From Alphaproteobacteria bacterium (GTDB taxonomy: Bacteria; Pseudomonadota; Alphaproteobacteria; CAISOG01), in NCBI GenBank assembly GCA_044345375.1, contig JBIJBF010000008.1, positions 141 through 64,140 of the forward strand: DNA of 64,000 nt, given 5' to 3'. The notes under the pieces are model-generated. The model was not told the DNA's origin. It searched no databases and saw only the letters and a list, made by a program, of their open reading frames with translations. This document shows, in pieces, positions 30,948-42,003 of the stretch. How positions within the stretch are numbered: position 1 is the first letter of the stretch; each line of letters opens with the position of its first letter. The position numbers and the translations under genes were made by a program.

Positions 30948-32603
30948 GTGGCTTTTAAATTTCCTAAAAAACCCTCGATCAAGCCTGTGTCCGATGGCTC
31001 CCCTGTTGGTGAACCGTCATTTGCTGATTTAAATTCTGTCAAGAAAAAGCGCAACACCAAGCTTATTGGTGGCGGTGTTGTGGTGGTTGGCGTGATTGTG
31101 TTGGGGGTTGCTGGATTTTACGGCGTCAAGCAATCAAAAATTCGGATTCTGCAGGGCTATTTGGCCAAATCATCCGTGCCGTTGAACCTGACCTATCAAA
31201 AGTCTGGCTACAATCTGTTTTCAGGGATTATTGAGTTGCGGGGGGTTGCCCTAACCCCCGTGGTGGCAGGCGGCGGCGATAACCGCTGGACGGTGGAAAC
31301 GGTGCGCTTGGAGCCTTTGATGGGTGGGCTATCGCGTTCGGGTCGTCTTTCTTTGCTCAACAACCAGATTGCCCCTGGGTTTTGGCCGAAAGCGGTGCCA
31401 GCCTCTGCCAATAAAGAGGCCTTGGCAAGGGCGCAAAAGCTGTTGGCCAACACGTCGCCGATGAGCGGCAATCTAAGTTTGGTCTATGAGCTGAACAACG
31501 ACCAGTTGGCCACTCTCTCCGAATTTCAGATTGACACCGCAGATGGCAAGTTGGGATTTGATAAGTTGTTGCTGAGCCCAGCGGATGCGTCGGGGCGCAG
31601 CTTGACCCTGAACAATTTTCGGATAGATATTCCAGCTGGCGCCAACAACAATCCGGTGGCGCAAATTTTTGAATCTGGCATGTCGTTTAAACTTTCTGTG
31701 CCTACGCAAACCGATCCCACCGTTTCGGTGATGCAGGATTTCAAGGTTGTGGCGGGTCCAACGGCTGATGGTGCGCCGTTGGTAACCATTGCCAAGGCCA
31801 CCTCGATCAACAAGATTGCGGCAACCAACGCGGGGGTGGATGAATCCAGCTTGGAAATTCTGGGGATGGAGTTTGCGACGACCAGCGTGCCCAAACCGCA
31901 ATTGGCCCTGCTGCTGGGCGACACCTCGGTCAAAACGATTTCGATGAACCTGAATACCCAAGCCCGTTTGGACACCAAGGCCGGCACCGGCAGCTACCGT
32001 ATCACTGCCGATCTCAAAAACATGTTCGGCTTTGATCTGCAGCTGAACGTGGGCGGCATCAGCCAGCAGCTGATTGAAAAGGTTGCGGAGCTGCAGACCA
32101 TGGGCAAGCAGCCAGATTCCCAAAAAATTGGTGAGCTGGTGCCGTTGGCGATGAATCTGTCGTTGGCGCAAATGAACTTGACCTATAAGGATCAGTCGTT
32201 GGTTCAGCGATTGGTTGCTGAGGCGGCTAAGGAGCGGGGGATTGATGTGGATGCGTGGGTGGCGCAGTTTGCCGCCTCCAAACAGGTGCTGTTGGCGCGT
32301 GGTGCTGTTCCCGTCTTGGCGCAACAATGGCCAGCGGTGGAACAGTTTTTGCGCAGCCCTGGCACGCTGACCTTGTCCGCCAAACCCGCGCAACCACTGC
32401 CGCTGATGGCACTGGTGGCGCAACAACAAACGGCTGGAGCCAAGGGCGTGATGGATGCCTTGGGCTTGCAGCTGGTGGCAACCCCGTTGTCGGTTCCAGC
32501 TGAGAAGGCCGCGATGTCTGCGGCCACTGAAGCTGCGGCGGCGGCTGCGAAGGCATCGGCAGCTGATGCCGCGCCCAAACCGGCCGAGCCCGTCGCAAAA
32601 TAG
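30948..32603 (+). CDS. Membrane-anchored periplasmic hypothetical protein (possibly YdgA/DUF945-like)
   Basis: Basic N-terminus, single TM, beta-rich body, YKDQSLVQRL...FLRSPGTLTL C-terminal region. Confidence 0.6.
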   Translation: MAFKFPKKPSIKPVSDGSPVGEPSFADLNSVKKKRNTKLIGGGVVVVGVIVLGVAGFYGVKQSKIRILQGYLAKSSVPLNLTYQKSGYNLFSGIIELRGVALTPVVAGGGDNRWTVETVRLEPLMGGLSRSGRLSLLNNQIAPGFWPKAVPASANKEALARAQKLLANTSPMSGNLSLVYELNNDQLATLSEFQIDTADGKLGFDKLLLSPADASGRSLTLNNFRIDIPAGANNNPVAQIFESGMSFKLSVPTQTDPTVSVMQDFKVVAGPTADGAPLVTIAKATSINKIAATNAGVDESSLEILGMEFATTSVPKPQLALLLGDTSVKTISMNLNTQARLDTKAGTGSYRITADLKNMFGFDLQLNVGGISQQLIEKVAELQTMGKQPDSQKIGELVPLAMNLSLAQMNLTYKDQSLVQRLVAEAAKERGIDVDAWVAQFAASKQVLLARGAVPVLAQQWPAVEQFLRSPGTLTLSAKPAQPLPLMALVAQQQTAGAKGVMDALGLQLVATPLSVPAEKAAMSAATEAAAAAAKASAADAAPKPAEPVAK

Positions 32604-32672
32604 GCTATAGGATAACGCGGCAAAATCGGTTAAGGTTTTCAATAATTTTTCATAAGCGTAAGGGAGAGTGCG

Positions 32673-33152
32673 ATGGCGGCAAGTTTGAACAAGGTGTTGT
32701 TGATCGGCAATTTGGGGCGGGAGCCTGAGGTGCGTACGATGCAGGATGGGGCCAAGGTGGTGCAACTTTCGGTGGCGACCTCAGAAAATTGGCGCGACAA
32801 ATTAAGCGGCGAGCGCAAGGAAAAAACCGAATGGCACCGCGTGGTAATTTTTAACGACAAATTGGCTGAGGTGGCCGAAAAATATTTGCACAAGGGCACC
32901 AAGGTGTATTTGGAGGGGCAGTTGCAAACCCGCAAATGGGTGGATCCCTCAGGCCAAGAAAAATACACCACCGAAATTGTGTTGCAGCGTTACCGCGGCG
33001 AAATGGCGATTTTGGATGGGCGCGATGGGGCTGGCTCCGCTGGTGTCGACAATTTTGGTGGCTATGATCACGGCGGTGCTTTGGGCGATGCCAAATCCTC
33101 TTCTTCGGGGGGGAATTTGGCGGAGTTGCTGGACGATGAAATTCCGTTCTAA
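32673..33152 (+). CDS. ssb: Single-stranded DNA-binding protein
   Basis: [32 protein letters not shown] tail. Confidence 0.98.
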   Translation: MAASLNKVLLIGNLGREPEVRTMQDGAKVVQLSVATSENWRDKLSGERKEKTEWHRVVIFNDKLAEVAEKYLHKGTKVYLEGQLQTRKWVDPSGQEKYTTEIVLQRYRGEMAILDGRDGAGSAGVDNFGGYDHGGALGDAKSSSSGGNLAELLDDEIPF

Positions 33153-33244
33153 GCCAGCCTTTTTGTAACGATGCTTGCCGCCGATCCGTTGGTTTCTAAA
33201 GATCAGCAGATGGGTTTTGCAACTTTTTTGGAATCGTGACCATT

Positions 33245-35164
33245 ATGTTGTTGCAAATTCATGAGCCTGGAAACGCTTCCAACCCTGTTCAGGATGCGCC
33301 CGCCTATGCGGTGGGGATTGATTTTGGCACCACCCACAGCGTGATTGCTGTGCAGCAGCAAGACGAAGCGGTTAGGGTTCTTGAGGCGGAACCAGGGCGG
33401 GAAAGGTTGCAGGCCAATTTGTTGCCCTCAATTGCGGCATACCGCGAGGATGGCCGCTTGGTGGCCGTCGGGCAGGCGGCCTTATTCCATCTGAATCAAC
33501 CAGGCTACACGGTTATTCGATCGGTTAAGCGGCTTTTGGGGCGTGGCCTGCAGGATATTGAGGCGGTCGCAGGGCAGTTTGCTTGGCCACTTGTGTGGCC
33601 AGATACCGCTCCTGAAAATCTTGACAGCGCCCCGCAACTGCTGCGCCTGCAAGTGTCGGCTGAGCATCAAATCACCGCGGTTGAGGTGGCCAGCGATATT
33701 CTGCGTGCGTTGAAAACGGTGGCTGAGGATGCGTTGGGGCAGCTGGTAACCAAGGCCGTGATTACCGTGCCGGCCTATTTCGACGATGCGGCGCGCATGG
33801 CAACCCGTGATGCGGCGCGCCTAGCGGGGCTTGAGGTGCTGCGCCTGCTGAACGAACCGACCGCGGCGGCCTTGGCCTATGGGTTGGATGAGGGCAGGGA
33901 GGGGGTGTTTTTGGTCTATGATCTGGGCGGCGGCACCTTTGACGTGTCGTTGCTGAAGCTGGACCAGGGGGTTTTTCGCGTGTTGGCCACCGCTGGCGAT
34001 ATCCAATACGGCGGCGATGATTTGGATCAAAAGATTGTGATGCACTGGCTGGCGGAAAAATTGGTGCCAGCCCCAACCGACAGCGAGCAACTAAACCAAC
34101 TGCTGCTGGCAGCGCGTCAGGCGAAAGAGGGGGTGACCAGGCATCCGCAGGCTGAGGTAACGGTTGCTGATCGGGTGGTGGTGTTGGATCGGGCGACCCT
34201 GGATCAAATCGCTGAGGCTTGGTTGCAACCCAGTTTGGCCTTGGTGGAAAGGGTTTTGCGGGATGCGGCGTTTGCGGATGATCAACTCGACGGCATTGTG
34301 CTGGTGGGCGGATCAACCCGGCTGGGGGCGGTGAAAAAACTGCTAGGCGAGCGCTTTTCCTGCGCGTTGTTGGATCATGTCAATCCGGATGAGGTGGTGG
34401 CGGTGGGGGCAGCCCGCCAGGCGCATGCCCTAACACAAGGGGCATCGCATTTGTTGCTGGATGTCACGCCCCTATCCTTGGGGCTAGAAACCATGGGGGG
34501 GGTGGTGGAAAAGCTGATCCACCGCAACAGCCCCATTCCCTGTCAGGCCAGCGTGGACTACACCACCTATCAAGATGGCCAAACCGCCATGTGGATTCAT
34601 GTGGTTCAGGGGGAGTGGGAAACGGTTGAGCGCTGCCGCAGCTTGGCGCGATTTACCTTGAATGGGATCCCGCCAATGGCCGCTGGTTTGGCCAAGGTAA
34701 GGGTAACCTTTGCCCTAGATGCCGATGGTTTGCTAACCGTGACGGCCAAGGAATTAACCACCGGTGTGGCGCAAGAGGTGGCGGTCAAGCCCAGCTATGG
34801 CTTGTCGGCTGAGGAAATGGTGGTGATGTTAACCAACAGTTTGACCGATGCTGCGGATGATCTGAAAACCCGCCTGTGGCGTGATGCATTGCTGGATGCG
34901 CGCCGCCTGCTAAGCCTTTTGCAGTTGGCCATCGCGCGAGACGGTGATTTGTTGGATGCGGATGAAACGGCGTTGATTGCTCAGCAACAACAAACCATTG
35001 AACAATTGCTGCAAGAAACCGCGGATCAGCGTGATGTTTTGACCAGCGCGATCCGCGATTTGGAACGTTTGATCGAACCCTTTGCCGAACGCCGTGTGAA
35101 CCGCAGCCTCAATCAGGCCATTGGCGGCAAGACGGTGGCGGCGGCCAAAGAAATTTTGGACTAA
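33245..35164 (+). CDS. hscA: Fe-S assembly Hsp70 chaperone HscA
   Basis: MLLQIHEPG start, [36 protein letters not shown]. Confidence 0.92.
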   Translation: MLLQIHEPGNASNPVQDAPAYAVGIDFGTTHSVIAVQQQDEAVRVLEAEPGRERLQANLLPSIAAYREDGRLVAVGQAALFHLNQPGYTVIRSVKRLLGRGLQDIEAVAGQFAWPLVWPDTAPENLDSAPQLLRLQVSAEHQITAVEVASDILRALKTVAEDALGQLVTKAVITVPAYFDDAARMATRDAARLAGLEVLRLLNEPTAAALAYGLDEGREGVFLVYDLGGGTFDVSLLKLDQGVFRVLATAGDIQYGGDDLDQKIVMHWLAEKLVPAPTDSEQLNQLLLAARQAKEGVTRHPQAEVTVADRVVVLDRATLDQIAEAWLQPSLALVERVLRDAAFADDQLDGIVLVGGSTRLGAVKKLLGERFSCALLDHVNPDEVVAVGAARQAHALTQGASHLLLDVTPLSLGLETMGGVVEKLIHRNSPIPCQASVDYTTYQDGQTAMWIHVVQGEWETVERCRSLARFTLNGIPPMAAGLAKVRVTFALDADGLLTVTAKELTTGVAQEVAVKPSYGLSAEEMVVMLTNSLTDAADDLKTRLWRDALLDARRLLSLLQLAIARDGDLLDADETALIAQQQQTIEQLLQETADQRDVLTSAIRDLERLIEPFAERRVNRSLNQAIGGKTVAAAKEILD

Positions 35165-35213
35165 ACATCCGTTCCTAGCGCTGAACCCACAATATTCAGC
35201 CGACCTATATTTT

Positions 35214-35228
35214 TTAGCGAAAATTTAA
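35214..35228. promoter_or_regulatory. Near-consensus CtrA box upstream of sciP
   Basis: TTAG-CGAAAAT-TTAA; sciP is a known CtrA target. Confidence 0.55.
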
Positions 35229-35318
35229 GCAGAATCTTGTAGCTTTAATGCTAAGCCACAAGCTTTGTTGGTTTTAGGTTGTGGCGTTGAATGATTTTTT
35301 TTCAGGCGAAGAGATAAC

Positions 35319-35654
35319 ATGATGCGTGATGTATCTGGGCATGTGATGGATAAAAATCGGCAGGAGACTGCGCCGAACAGCACGGCCAACAAACCCGCTG
35401 AGAAAAACCCTTTTAGCCTGCAGCAATTGGCGGAATTGGCCTTGCCGCCGACCTTTCAGGGGCGCTGGATCACCAAACGCAAGGCATGGGTCATCGCCCA
35501 TATCAATTTGGGAAAATTAACGGTTGAGGAGGCCTGCCAGCGCTATCATTTGTCGCCTGACGAGCTGTTGTCCTGGCAGCGCGCCTTTGATCGGCATGGC
35601 CTGAACGGTTTGCAAGCCACCAAGGAGCAAAGCCGCCGACGTTTTAACCAATGA
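35319..35654 (+). CDS. sciP: CtrA inhibitor SciP (DUF1153)
   Basis: LPP..RWITKRKA, EEACQRYHLS..EL.SWQ, HGLNGLQAT; next to flagellar genes; start uncertain. Confidence 0.88.
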   Translation: MMRDVSGHVMDKNRQETAPNSTANKPAEKNPFSLQQLAELALPPTFQGRWITKRKAWVIAHINLGKLTVEEACQRYHLSPDELLSWQRAFDRHGLNGLQATKEQSRRRFNQ

Positions 35655-35741
35655 CGGTTTGGTGAAGTCTCTGCGTAACACTTGCAACCAATAGTTGCAA
35701 TAGGGGTTTTTGGCAGAAAAATTCCTGAACTTTGGGCGCAA

Positions 35742-35762
35742 ACTAGGCAAAAATTGCCTAGT
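35742..35762. promoter_or_regulatory. ftr-like palindrome (candidate FlbD site) upstream of fliF
   Basis: ACTAGGCAA-AAA-TTGCCTAGT perfect inverted repeat with GGCA..TGCC core. Confidence 0.55.
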
Positions 35763-35829
35763 CTTTACCATTTCTTTAGAAAGCTGGCTTAGCGTTAAAC
35801 CTGTTGTTTAAGTTGCAAAGGTTGATCCG

Positions 35830-37581
35830 ATGGCTGGTTTTGTCGATATGGTCCGAACGCTTGGTTCGGCGCGCCTCTCCGCAATTGGTGGTACCGCGCT
35901 GCTGCTGATTGGCTTTTTCCTTTACATCATGACCCGCATGTCATCCCCCAACATGCAGTTGCTGTATGCGGATTTGGACGTGCAAGATTCGTCAAAAATT
36001 GTTGCTGAGCTGGAACAGCAAAACATCCCCCATCAGGTTCGATCCGACGGCCGTCAAATTTATGTGCCAGAATCCCAGGTTGGCACCCTGCGCGTCAAAT
36101 TGGCGGGGGAGGGGATTCCAGGGGGCGGCAGCGTTGGCTATGAAATTTTTGACAAAAGCGAAGGTTTTGGCGCCTCAAGCTTTATGTTGAATGTTAAGCA
36201 TGTGCGCGCGTTGGAGGGGGAATTGGCGCGCAGCATTCGTGCGATTAGCAACGTGGCGGGCGCGCGGGTTCATTTGGTTCTGCCGCAGCGGGAATTGTTC
36301 AGCCGTGAGACGCAGGCGGCCAGCTCCTCCGTGGTGCTAAAACTGCGGCGCCCGCTGGAACGGGCGCAAATCGCGGCGATTCAGCATTTGGTGGCAGCGG
36401 CGGTTCCGCAATTGCAGCCAAGCCAAGTGGTGGTGATCGATGATCGCGGCAATATGTTGGCGGCTGGTTTTGAGGATGCCAACGGTGCGGGTGCGATGTT
36501 GCAAAACGGCGCCGAATTGCGTCAGGCAACCGAGGCCAGGTTATCCAACGCTATTGAGCAGCTGCTGGCCAGATCGCTAGGCAACGGCAACAGCAAGGTG
36601 CAGGTGTCGGCTGAGCTGAACATGCAACGGGTGGTAACCAACCGCGAAAACTATGATCCCGAAAGCAAGGTTGAACGCTCCACCCAAAGCTCCAGCGAAA
36701 ACAGCCAGGACAGCACGAAGGAGGGGGCAGGCGCGGTTGGTGCAAGTGGCAATTTGCCGGCCACCGCTGGCGCCAACGCTGGGCAAAACAACCAAAGCAG
36801 CCAAACCAAGCGTGGTTCGGAGACGGTTAATTATGAAATTTCTAAGGTGGTGACCAGTGAAACCAGTGAAGCTGGTCAGATTAAACGCCTGTCGATCGCC
36901 GTTTTGGTGAACAACAAACAGGTCAAAAAGGAAGAGCCTAAAAAGGATGATGCCAAGAAGGACGACACCAAAAAAGATGCAGCCAAGGAGGAGGCAGGTT
37001 TTACCTCTGAGCCACGCAGCGCTGAAGAGCTGAAGCAGTTGGAGGAGCTGGTAAAAACCGCTGCTGGTTTTGATGAAAAACGTGGGGATACGGTTAAGGT
37101 TATTAACTTGCCATTCGGGGTGGTGGCTGAGGATATTCCCGAAGAAAAAACCACCGTTTTTGGCTTTACCAAGCAAGATATCAAAGATCTTTTGGAGTTG
37201 GTTTTGTTGTCGGTGGTGGCACTTTTGGTGCTGCTTTTGGTTGTGCGCCCCTTCCTAGCACGCATCATGCAGGTGCCGCAGGTGGATCAAAACGCGATGA
37301 TCGGTGTTGCTGGGCAAATGCTGCAGCCAGCGGCGATGATGGCCGCGCTTGGTGCGCCCCAGACCGCTGCGGGTTCCACAGCTTTGCCAGGCGCCATGCA
37401 TGCCATGCCAGCTTTGCCCGATAATTTTGACGATTCAACGGAGATGGTGAATCTTTCCAAGGTAACGGGCAAGGTTAAGGGCGGGGTGGTGCGCCAGATT
37501 GGTGATTTGGTCGACAAAAACACCGATGATTCGGTTTCGGTGATTCGTGGTTGGATGTCCCAAGATAACAACGCCTATTAG
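35830..37581 (+). CDS. fliF: Flagellar MS-ring protein FliF
   Basis: VGYEIFD, RALEGELARSI, ARVHLVLP, NYEISK, IKRLSIAVLV, two TM segments. Confidence 0.97.
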   Translation: MAGFVDMVRTLGSARLSAIGGTALLLIGFFLYIMTRMSSPNMQLLYADLDVQDSSKIVAELEQQNIPHQVRSDGRQIYVPESQVGTLRVKLAGEGIPGGGSVGYEIFDKSEGFGASSFMLNVKHVRALEGELARSIRAISNVAGARVHLVLPQRELFSRETQAASSSVVLKLRRPLERAQIAAIQHLVAAAVPQLQPSQVVVIDDRGNMLAAGFEDANGAGAMLQNGAELRQATEARLSNAIEQLLARSLGNGNSKVQVSAELNMQRVVTNRENYDPESKVERSTQSSSENSQDSTKEGAGAVGASGNLPATAGANAGQNNQSSQTKRGSETVNYEISKVVTSETSEAGQIKRLSIAVLVNNKQVKKEEPKKDDAKKDDTKKDAAKEEAGFTSEPRSAEELKQLEELVKTAAGFDEKRGDTVKVINLPFGVVAEDIPEEKTTVFGFTKQDIKDLLELVLLSVVALLVLLLVVRPFLARIMQVPQVDQNAMIGVAGQMLQPAAMMAALGAPQTAAGSTALPGAMHAMPALPDNFDDSTEMVNLSKVTGKVKGGVVRQIGDLVDKNTDDSVSVIRGWMSQDNNAY

Positions 37582-37600
37582 GATGGGGAAGGGGTAGAAC

Positions 37601-38632
37601 ATGTCAAGCAACAAATCTGCTGCCGGTGATGGCGTCCTAACTGGCCCACAAAAGGCCGCGCTGATCATGCTGAGCCTTAGCGAGCAACAGTCGGGCAAAA
37701 TTTTTGAACGGCTAACCGATGAAGAAATTCGCGATCTTAGCCAGCAGATGTCGAGTTTGGGTAACGTGAGCGCCTCGCTGATCGAACAGGTGATGATTGA
37801 GTTTGCCCAAACCATGGGCAGTGGTGCCAGCGTGGCGGGAACCTTTGATTCCACAGAAAAATTGTTGGCACGGGTTTTGGGTGAAGACCGCATGTCGAAT
37901 ATTATGGAGGATATTCGGGGACCTGCTGGGCGCACGATGTGGGACAAGTTGGGCAATGTGAACGAGGCGGTTTTGGCCAACTATCTAAAAAACGAATATC
38001 CGCAAACGGTGGCGGTGGTGTTGTCCAAAATCAAGCCTGACCGCACGGCCAAGGTTTTGTCCAAATTGCCTGAGGGGATGGCGCTGGAGGTGGTGATGCG
38101 CCTGCTGCGGATGGAGCCTGTGCAGAAGGAGGTGTTGCAGGATATTGAGCGCACCCTGCGTACAGAGTTTATGAACAATTTGGCGCGCACCAGCCGCCGC
38201 GACCCCTATGAGATGATGGCGGAAATTTTTAACGGCTTTGATCGCGCCGCCGAAGCCCGCTTTATGGCAGCGTTGGAAGAACGCAACCGTGAATCGGCCG
38301 ACAAAATCAAAAACCTGATGTTTACTTTTGAGGATTTGATTCGCTTGGACCCAACCGCGGTGCAGGCGGTTTTGCGAACCGTGGACAAAAGCAAATTGCC
38401 AATTGCAATCAAGGGTGCCAGCGAGGATTTGCGCAACCTGTTTTTTGGCAATATGTCAGAACGTGCCGCCAAATTGCTGAAGGAGGAGGTGGCCAGTTTA
38501 GGGCCCGTTCGCTTGAAAGATGTTGAGGAGGCGCAAACGCATATGGTGCAAACCGCCAAAACCCTGTCGGATCAGGGAACCATTATTATTCCTAAAGGTG
38601 GAGGAGGTGGCGAAGATGACCTTATCCTCTAA
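37601..38632 (+). CDS. fliG: Flagellar motor switch protein FliG
   Basis: [39 protein letters not shown]. Confidence 0.98.
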   Translation: MSSNKSAAGDGVLTGPQKAALIMLSLSEQQSGKIFERLTDEEIRDLSQQMSSLGNVSASLIEQVMIEFAQTMGSGASVAGTFDSTEKLLARVLGEDRMSNIMEDIRGPAGRTMWDKLGNVNEAVLANYLKNEYPQTVAVVLSKIKPDRTAKVLSKLPEGMALEVVMRLLRMEPVQKEVLQDIERTLRTEFMNNLARTSRRDPYEMMAEIFNGFDRAAEARFMAALEERNRESADKIKNLMFTFEDLIRLDPTAVQAVLRTVDKSKLPIAIKGASEDLRNLFFGNMSERAAKLLKEEVASLGPVRLKDVEEAQTHMVQTAKTLSDQGTIIIPKGGGGGEDDLIL

Positions 38633-39326
38633 TCCCCCCATCAAAGCCTTTGTCTTTGATCTGTCGTTTGATGCCGTTGACGATCAACCAGCCGCACCCA
38701 GCTTTAGTGAGGATGAACTTTTGGCGGCCGAAGAAAATGGACGTGCCGCAGGGTTTGCTGACGGGCAGCAGGCCGCCTTACATAGTTTGGAGCAACAGTT
38801 GTTGGATCAGATGCAGGCTTTCGGCCATGCCTTATCAGCTCTGCAGGCGGTCAAACAGCAACAGGATCAGCAATTGATCGAACAAACCGTTGGGTTAACT
38901 GAGGCTGCGCTTAAACAATTGTTTCCCAGTTTGTTGCAAAGCCAAGCCCTTGCAGAAATTGTGCAGTTAATCAGCGATAGCATTCGCCAGCAATTGGCGC
39001 CGGATCAGTTGGTGGTGCGGGTGCACCCCAGTTTGCTGCAGCCGTTAACGTATCGCTTTGGCGATGACGCGATCCGCTTGTTGGCCGATGATTCACAAGC
39101 GGTGGGCGACTGCCATATCGCCTGGCCAGGTGGCAGCCTGGTGCGTCGATCGCAGGCGGCCTTTACGGAGTTGCAACAACGCCTAGCGCACTATGGTGCA
39201 TCGTTGATCCAAGCCCCAGAATTTGTTGAGGGCCATGAGCTTGATGCAATTGGTGACCAACCGCCAGCCGACAACGTAACTTTCACTGAAATCACCCCAT
39301 CCATTTTGGAGATCGATCATGAGTAA
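38616..39326 (+). CDS. fliH: Flagellar assembly protein FliH
   Basis: FVFDLSFD, AxxxG repeats, VVRVHP, GDCHIAW; between fliG and fliN. Confidence 0.85.
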   Translation: MTLSSNPPIKAFVFDLSFDAVDDQPAAPSFSEDELLAAEENGRAAGFADGQQAALHSLEQQLLDQMQAFGHALSALQAVKQQQDQQLIEQTVGLTEAALKQLFPSLLQSQALAEIVQLISDSIRQQLAPDQLVVRVHPSLLQPLTYRFGDDAIRLLADDSQAVGDCHIAWPGGSLVRRSQAAFTELQQRLAHYGASLIQAPEFVEGHELDAIGDQPPADNVTFTEITPSILEIDHE

Positions 39327-39672
39327 CGATGACATCAACCTAAACGAATTAACGCCAGATGCTGAGACAGCCTTTGCCAACAATGATCAGGGTGAACAAG
39401 ATACCGTTCCTGAAAATGTGCTGACTCAGTTGGGGGCGGTCTACGCCATTCCGGTCAAGGTGTCCGCCGTATTGGGAACGGCAATAATGCCGGTGAACCA
39501 GCTGCTTAAACTGGGTCGTGGCGCGGTGGTTGAGCTGGATCGCAAGGTGGGGGAAGCCATCGACATTTACGTGAACAACCGGTTGGTGGCGCGTGGTGAG
39601 GTGGTGATTGTTGAGGATCGGTTGGGGATTACCATGACCGAAATTATCAAATCGGATGCACAAACTTCTTAA
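39319..39672 (+). CDS. fliN: Flagellar motor switch protein FliN
   Basis: IPVKVSAVLG, LLKLGRGAVVELDRKVGEAIDIYVNNRLVARGEVV. Confidence 0.97.
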   Translation: MSNDDINLNELTPDAETAFANNDQGEQDTVPENVLTQLGAVYAIPVKVSAVLGTAIMPVNQLLKLGRGAVVELDRKVGEAIDIYVNNRLVARGEVVIVEDRLGITMTEIIKSDAQTS

Positions 39673-39716
39673 AAAAATTCCCAAGAAAAGAAAAACTTAC
39701 ACGAGAGCTTTAAAAA

Positions 39717-41156
39717 ATGCGGTTGTTGTTAATTGGTACGGAAGACGGTTTGATCACCAGCGCGGGACGCATCGCGCATCAACGGGGCGCGCAGGTGGCG
39801 CAGGTCTCGACGGTTGAGGAGGGGTTGGTGGCGCTGCGCTCTGGCATTGGCGCTGATCTGGTATTGATTGATGGGCGCATGGCGGTGGCGGAATTAACCG
39901 CCAGCCTGAAAAGCGAGCGGATGGCGATTCCGGTGGTGGCATGCGGGCTTAGCAACGACAGCGAATCGGCGGTGCGGGCGATTAAGGCGGGCGCGAAAGA
40001 ATACCTGCCGCTGCCCCCCGATGCTGAGCTGATTGCCGCAATTCTGGCCGCCGCCGCGACGATTGAGGAGCAAACGGTGGTGTTCCGCGATCCCAAAATG
40101 TTGGAGGTGATGCGCCTGGCTGAGCGGGTAGGCGCCAGCGATGCCAGCATGCTGATCACCGGGGAGTCTGGTACCGGGAAGGAGGTGATGGCGCGGTTTG
40201 TTCATGAGCATAGCAAGCGGGCAGGGCGCAAATTTGTGGCGCTGAACTGTGCCGCTCTGCCAGAAAATCTGTTGGAGTCTGAGCTTTTTGGCCATGAAAA
40301 GGGTGCCTTTACCGGCGCGATTGCGCGGCGTATCGGCAAGTTTGAGGAGGCCAACGGCGGCACCCTGCTGCTGGATGAAATCAGCGAGATGGATGTGCGG
40401 TTGCAGGCCAAATTGCTGCGCGCGATTCAGGAGCGGGTGATTGAGCGCTTGGGCGGCAATGAGTTGGTTAAGGTGGACATCCGCATTATCGCAACCTCCA
40501 ACCGCGATTTGCCTGAGGAATGCAAAAAAGGAACCTTTCGCGAGGATTTGTATTTTCGGCTGAATGTTTTCAATCTGCAGCTGCCCCCCCTTCGGGAACG
40601 GCCACAGGATGTGGCGGCGCTGGCGGCGCATTTTATCAAGAAATACGCTGAGGTTAACGGTTTGGCGGTTGCCCATTTGTCCGCGGCCGCGTTGGATCGG
40701 CTGCAAAACTACAGTTGGCGCGGCAATGTGCGGGAATTGGAAAACACCATCCACCGCGCGGTGCTGCTGGCGGTGGGCGATACCGTGGAGGTGACGGACA
40801 TCGTGTTGGCGGACGGCGGCAGTTTGGCCAAAAGCATTGATTTAAGCCAGGATTTGGCCTCCGTGGTGGCCAAGGCGTCCACCGATGTCACGGTTGATGA
40901 TGGCGAGGTCGCCGAAAGTTTCGATAACGCGGCGATTTTGGTGGGCCGCACGGTGGCTGAGGTGGAACGGCAATTGATTCTTGATACCTTGGATCACACC
41001 CTGGGCAACCGCACCCACGCCGCCAATATTCTGGGCATATCGATTCGCACCCTGCGCAACAAATTGCGCCAATACAGCGATGAGGGCTTTGCGGTGTCAC
41101 CCGCCGCACTGGCCGATCTTGAGGCCGATGCCGAGGGCGCGGTTTTGAGCGCCTAG
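39717..41156 (+). CDS. flbD: Sigma54-dependent flagellar regulator FlbD
   Basis: Receiver domain, GESGTGKE, GAFTGA, WRGNVREL, GNRTHAANILGISIRTLRNKL; follows fliN. Confidence 0.92.
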   Translation: MRLLLIGTEDGLITSAGRIAHQRGAQVAQVSTVEEGLVALRSGIGADLVLIDGRMAVAELTASLKSERMAIPVVACGLSNDSESAVRAIKAGAKEYLPLPPDAELIAAILAAAATIEEQTVVFRDPKMLEVMRLAERVGASDASMLITGESGTGKEVMARFVHEHSKRAGRKFVALNCAALPENLLESELFGHEKGAFTGAIARRIGKFEEANGGTLLLDEISEMDVRLQAKLLRAIQERVIERLGGNELVKVDIRIIATSNRDLPEECKKGTFREDLYFRLNVFNLQLPPLRERPQDVAALAAHFIKKYAEVNGLAVAHLSAAALDRLQNYSWRGNVRELENTIHRAVLLAVGDTVEVTDIVLADGGSLAKSIDLSQDLASVVAKASTDVTVDDGEVAESFDNAAILVGRTVAEVERQLILDTLDHTLGNRTHAANILGISIRTLRNKLRQYSDEGFAVSPAALADLEADAEGAVLSA

Positions 41157-41190
41157 AGCGTTTTCGCAAGGAACACGCTCACCCCCCCCT

Positions 41191-41213
41191 CCCGTCAGGC
41201 TTTGCCTGCCACC
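41191..41213 (-). repeat. Partial copy of the REP-like element; may act as terminator of the fli operon
   Basis: Reverse complement GGTGGCAGGCAAAGCCTGACGGG matches the 15449 arm; T-run follows on + strand. Confidence 0.65.
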
Positions 41214-41327
41214 TTTTTTACGCCCGCATGTTTGCTATTGTGCTGGCGCACTGCATCCTATAGAAGTTATAACGCTTGCTGTAAAAATTATAAATCATCA
41301 TATGCGTTGTAAAATTTAGGAGTCAAA

Positions 41328-41825
41328 ATGTATAAAAAATATAGAATTTTTCCCGCCATTGCCATGCTTCATATCGTGGCGGCTGTTTCGGTGGCGCAGG
41401 CTGCCTCATCGGTTGAGGCGTCCTCCAAGGTTAATGCCAATGTGTTGAGCACCGCGGTGATTCTGCAAAACTCAAAAAATGTTGAGATGGGCGACATTGA
41501 GAAACCCAGCTTTGGCTCAAGCTTGTATGCGGTTGGGGCGTTGGGTTTGTCTGTGGTGTACGGCGACGGTGGTGGGGCGTTTTTGGGCAATCCACAGCCA
41601 GGGGAGATGAAAATTGCAGGGCCAGCTGGTTTGACGATGAGCTATGATCTGGTCGCCAAAACTTGCAACAAATCTGGGGTGTTGATTGATGCCATCTTGG
41701 CGCTTCCACCCACTATGTTAAGTGGTGGTATTGATCTGATTCCGGTTGGCGCAACCTTGGAAATTTTTTCCTTTGCGAGCCCTGGCCCTGTTTCCTGTGA
41801 CTTTGAGCTTTTCGCCAATTACTAG
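41328..41825 (+). CDS. Secreted DUF4402/pilin-like protein, paralog 1
   Basis: Signal peptide, AGGAG RBS, GDIEKP, CNKSGV, PVGATL, CDFELFANY. Confidence 0.65.
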   Translation: MYKKYRIFPAIAMLHIVAAVSVAQAASSVEASSKVNANVLSTAVILQNSKNVEMGDIEKPSFGSSLYAVGALGLSVVYGDGGGAFLGNPQPGEMKIAGPAGLTMSYDLVAKTCNKSGVLIDAILALPPTMLSGGIDLIPVGATLEIFSFASPGPVSCDFELFANY

Positions 41826-41974
41826 ATTGAAAAATATAGTTTTTGCATTTTAAAAAATTAAGATTGTCTGTTTTTTGATGGTTTTTTATGAAAAATTTAC
41901 ATTAAACTTTATGAGAATCTTACGAAAAAGCTTGACAGCTGCTTCCCTTCCGCCTAACTTCCCCCTCGTTACCA

Positions 41975-41989
41975 TTAACAATTCTTTAA
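41975..41989. promoter_or_regulatory. Perfect CtrA box
   Basis: TTAA-CAATTCT-TTAA ending 14 bp before ATG 42004. Confidence 0.55.
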
Positions 41990-42003
41990 GGATTTATGTT
42001 ATT

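Noticed and set aside
31473-32765. 430-aa minus-strand ORF
   Set aside because: Antisense to the 551-aa gene and ssb; composition typical of a shadow frame
39894-40754. 286-aa minus-strand ORF, and similar ones at 44312, 45770, 49228 and 51094
   Set aside because: Each lies opposite a confidently identified gene
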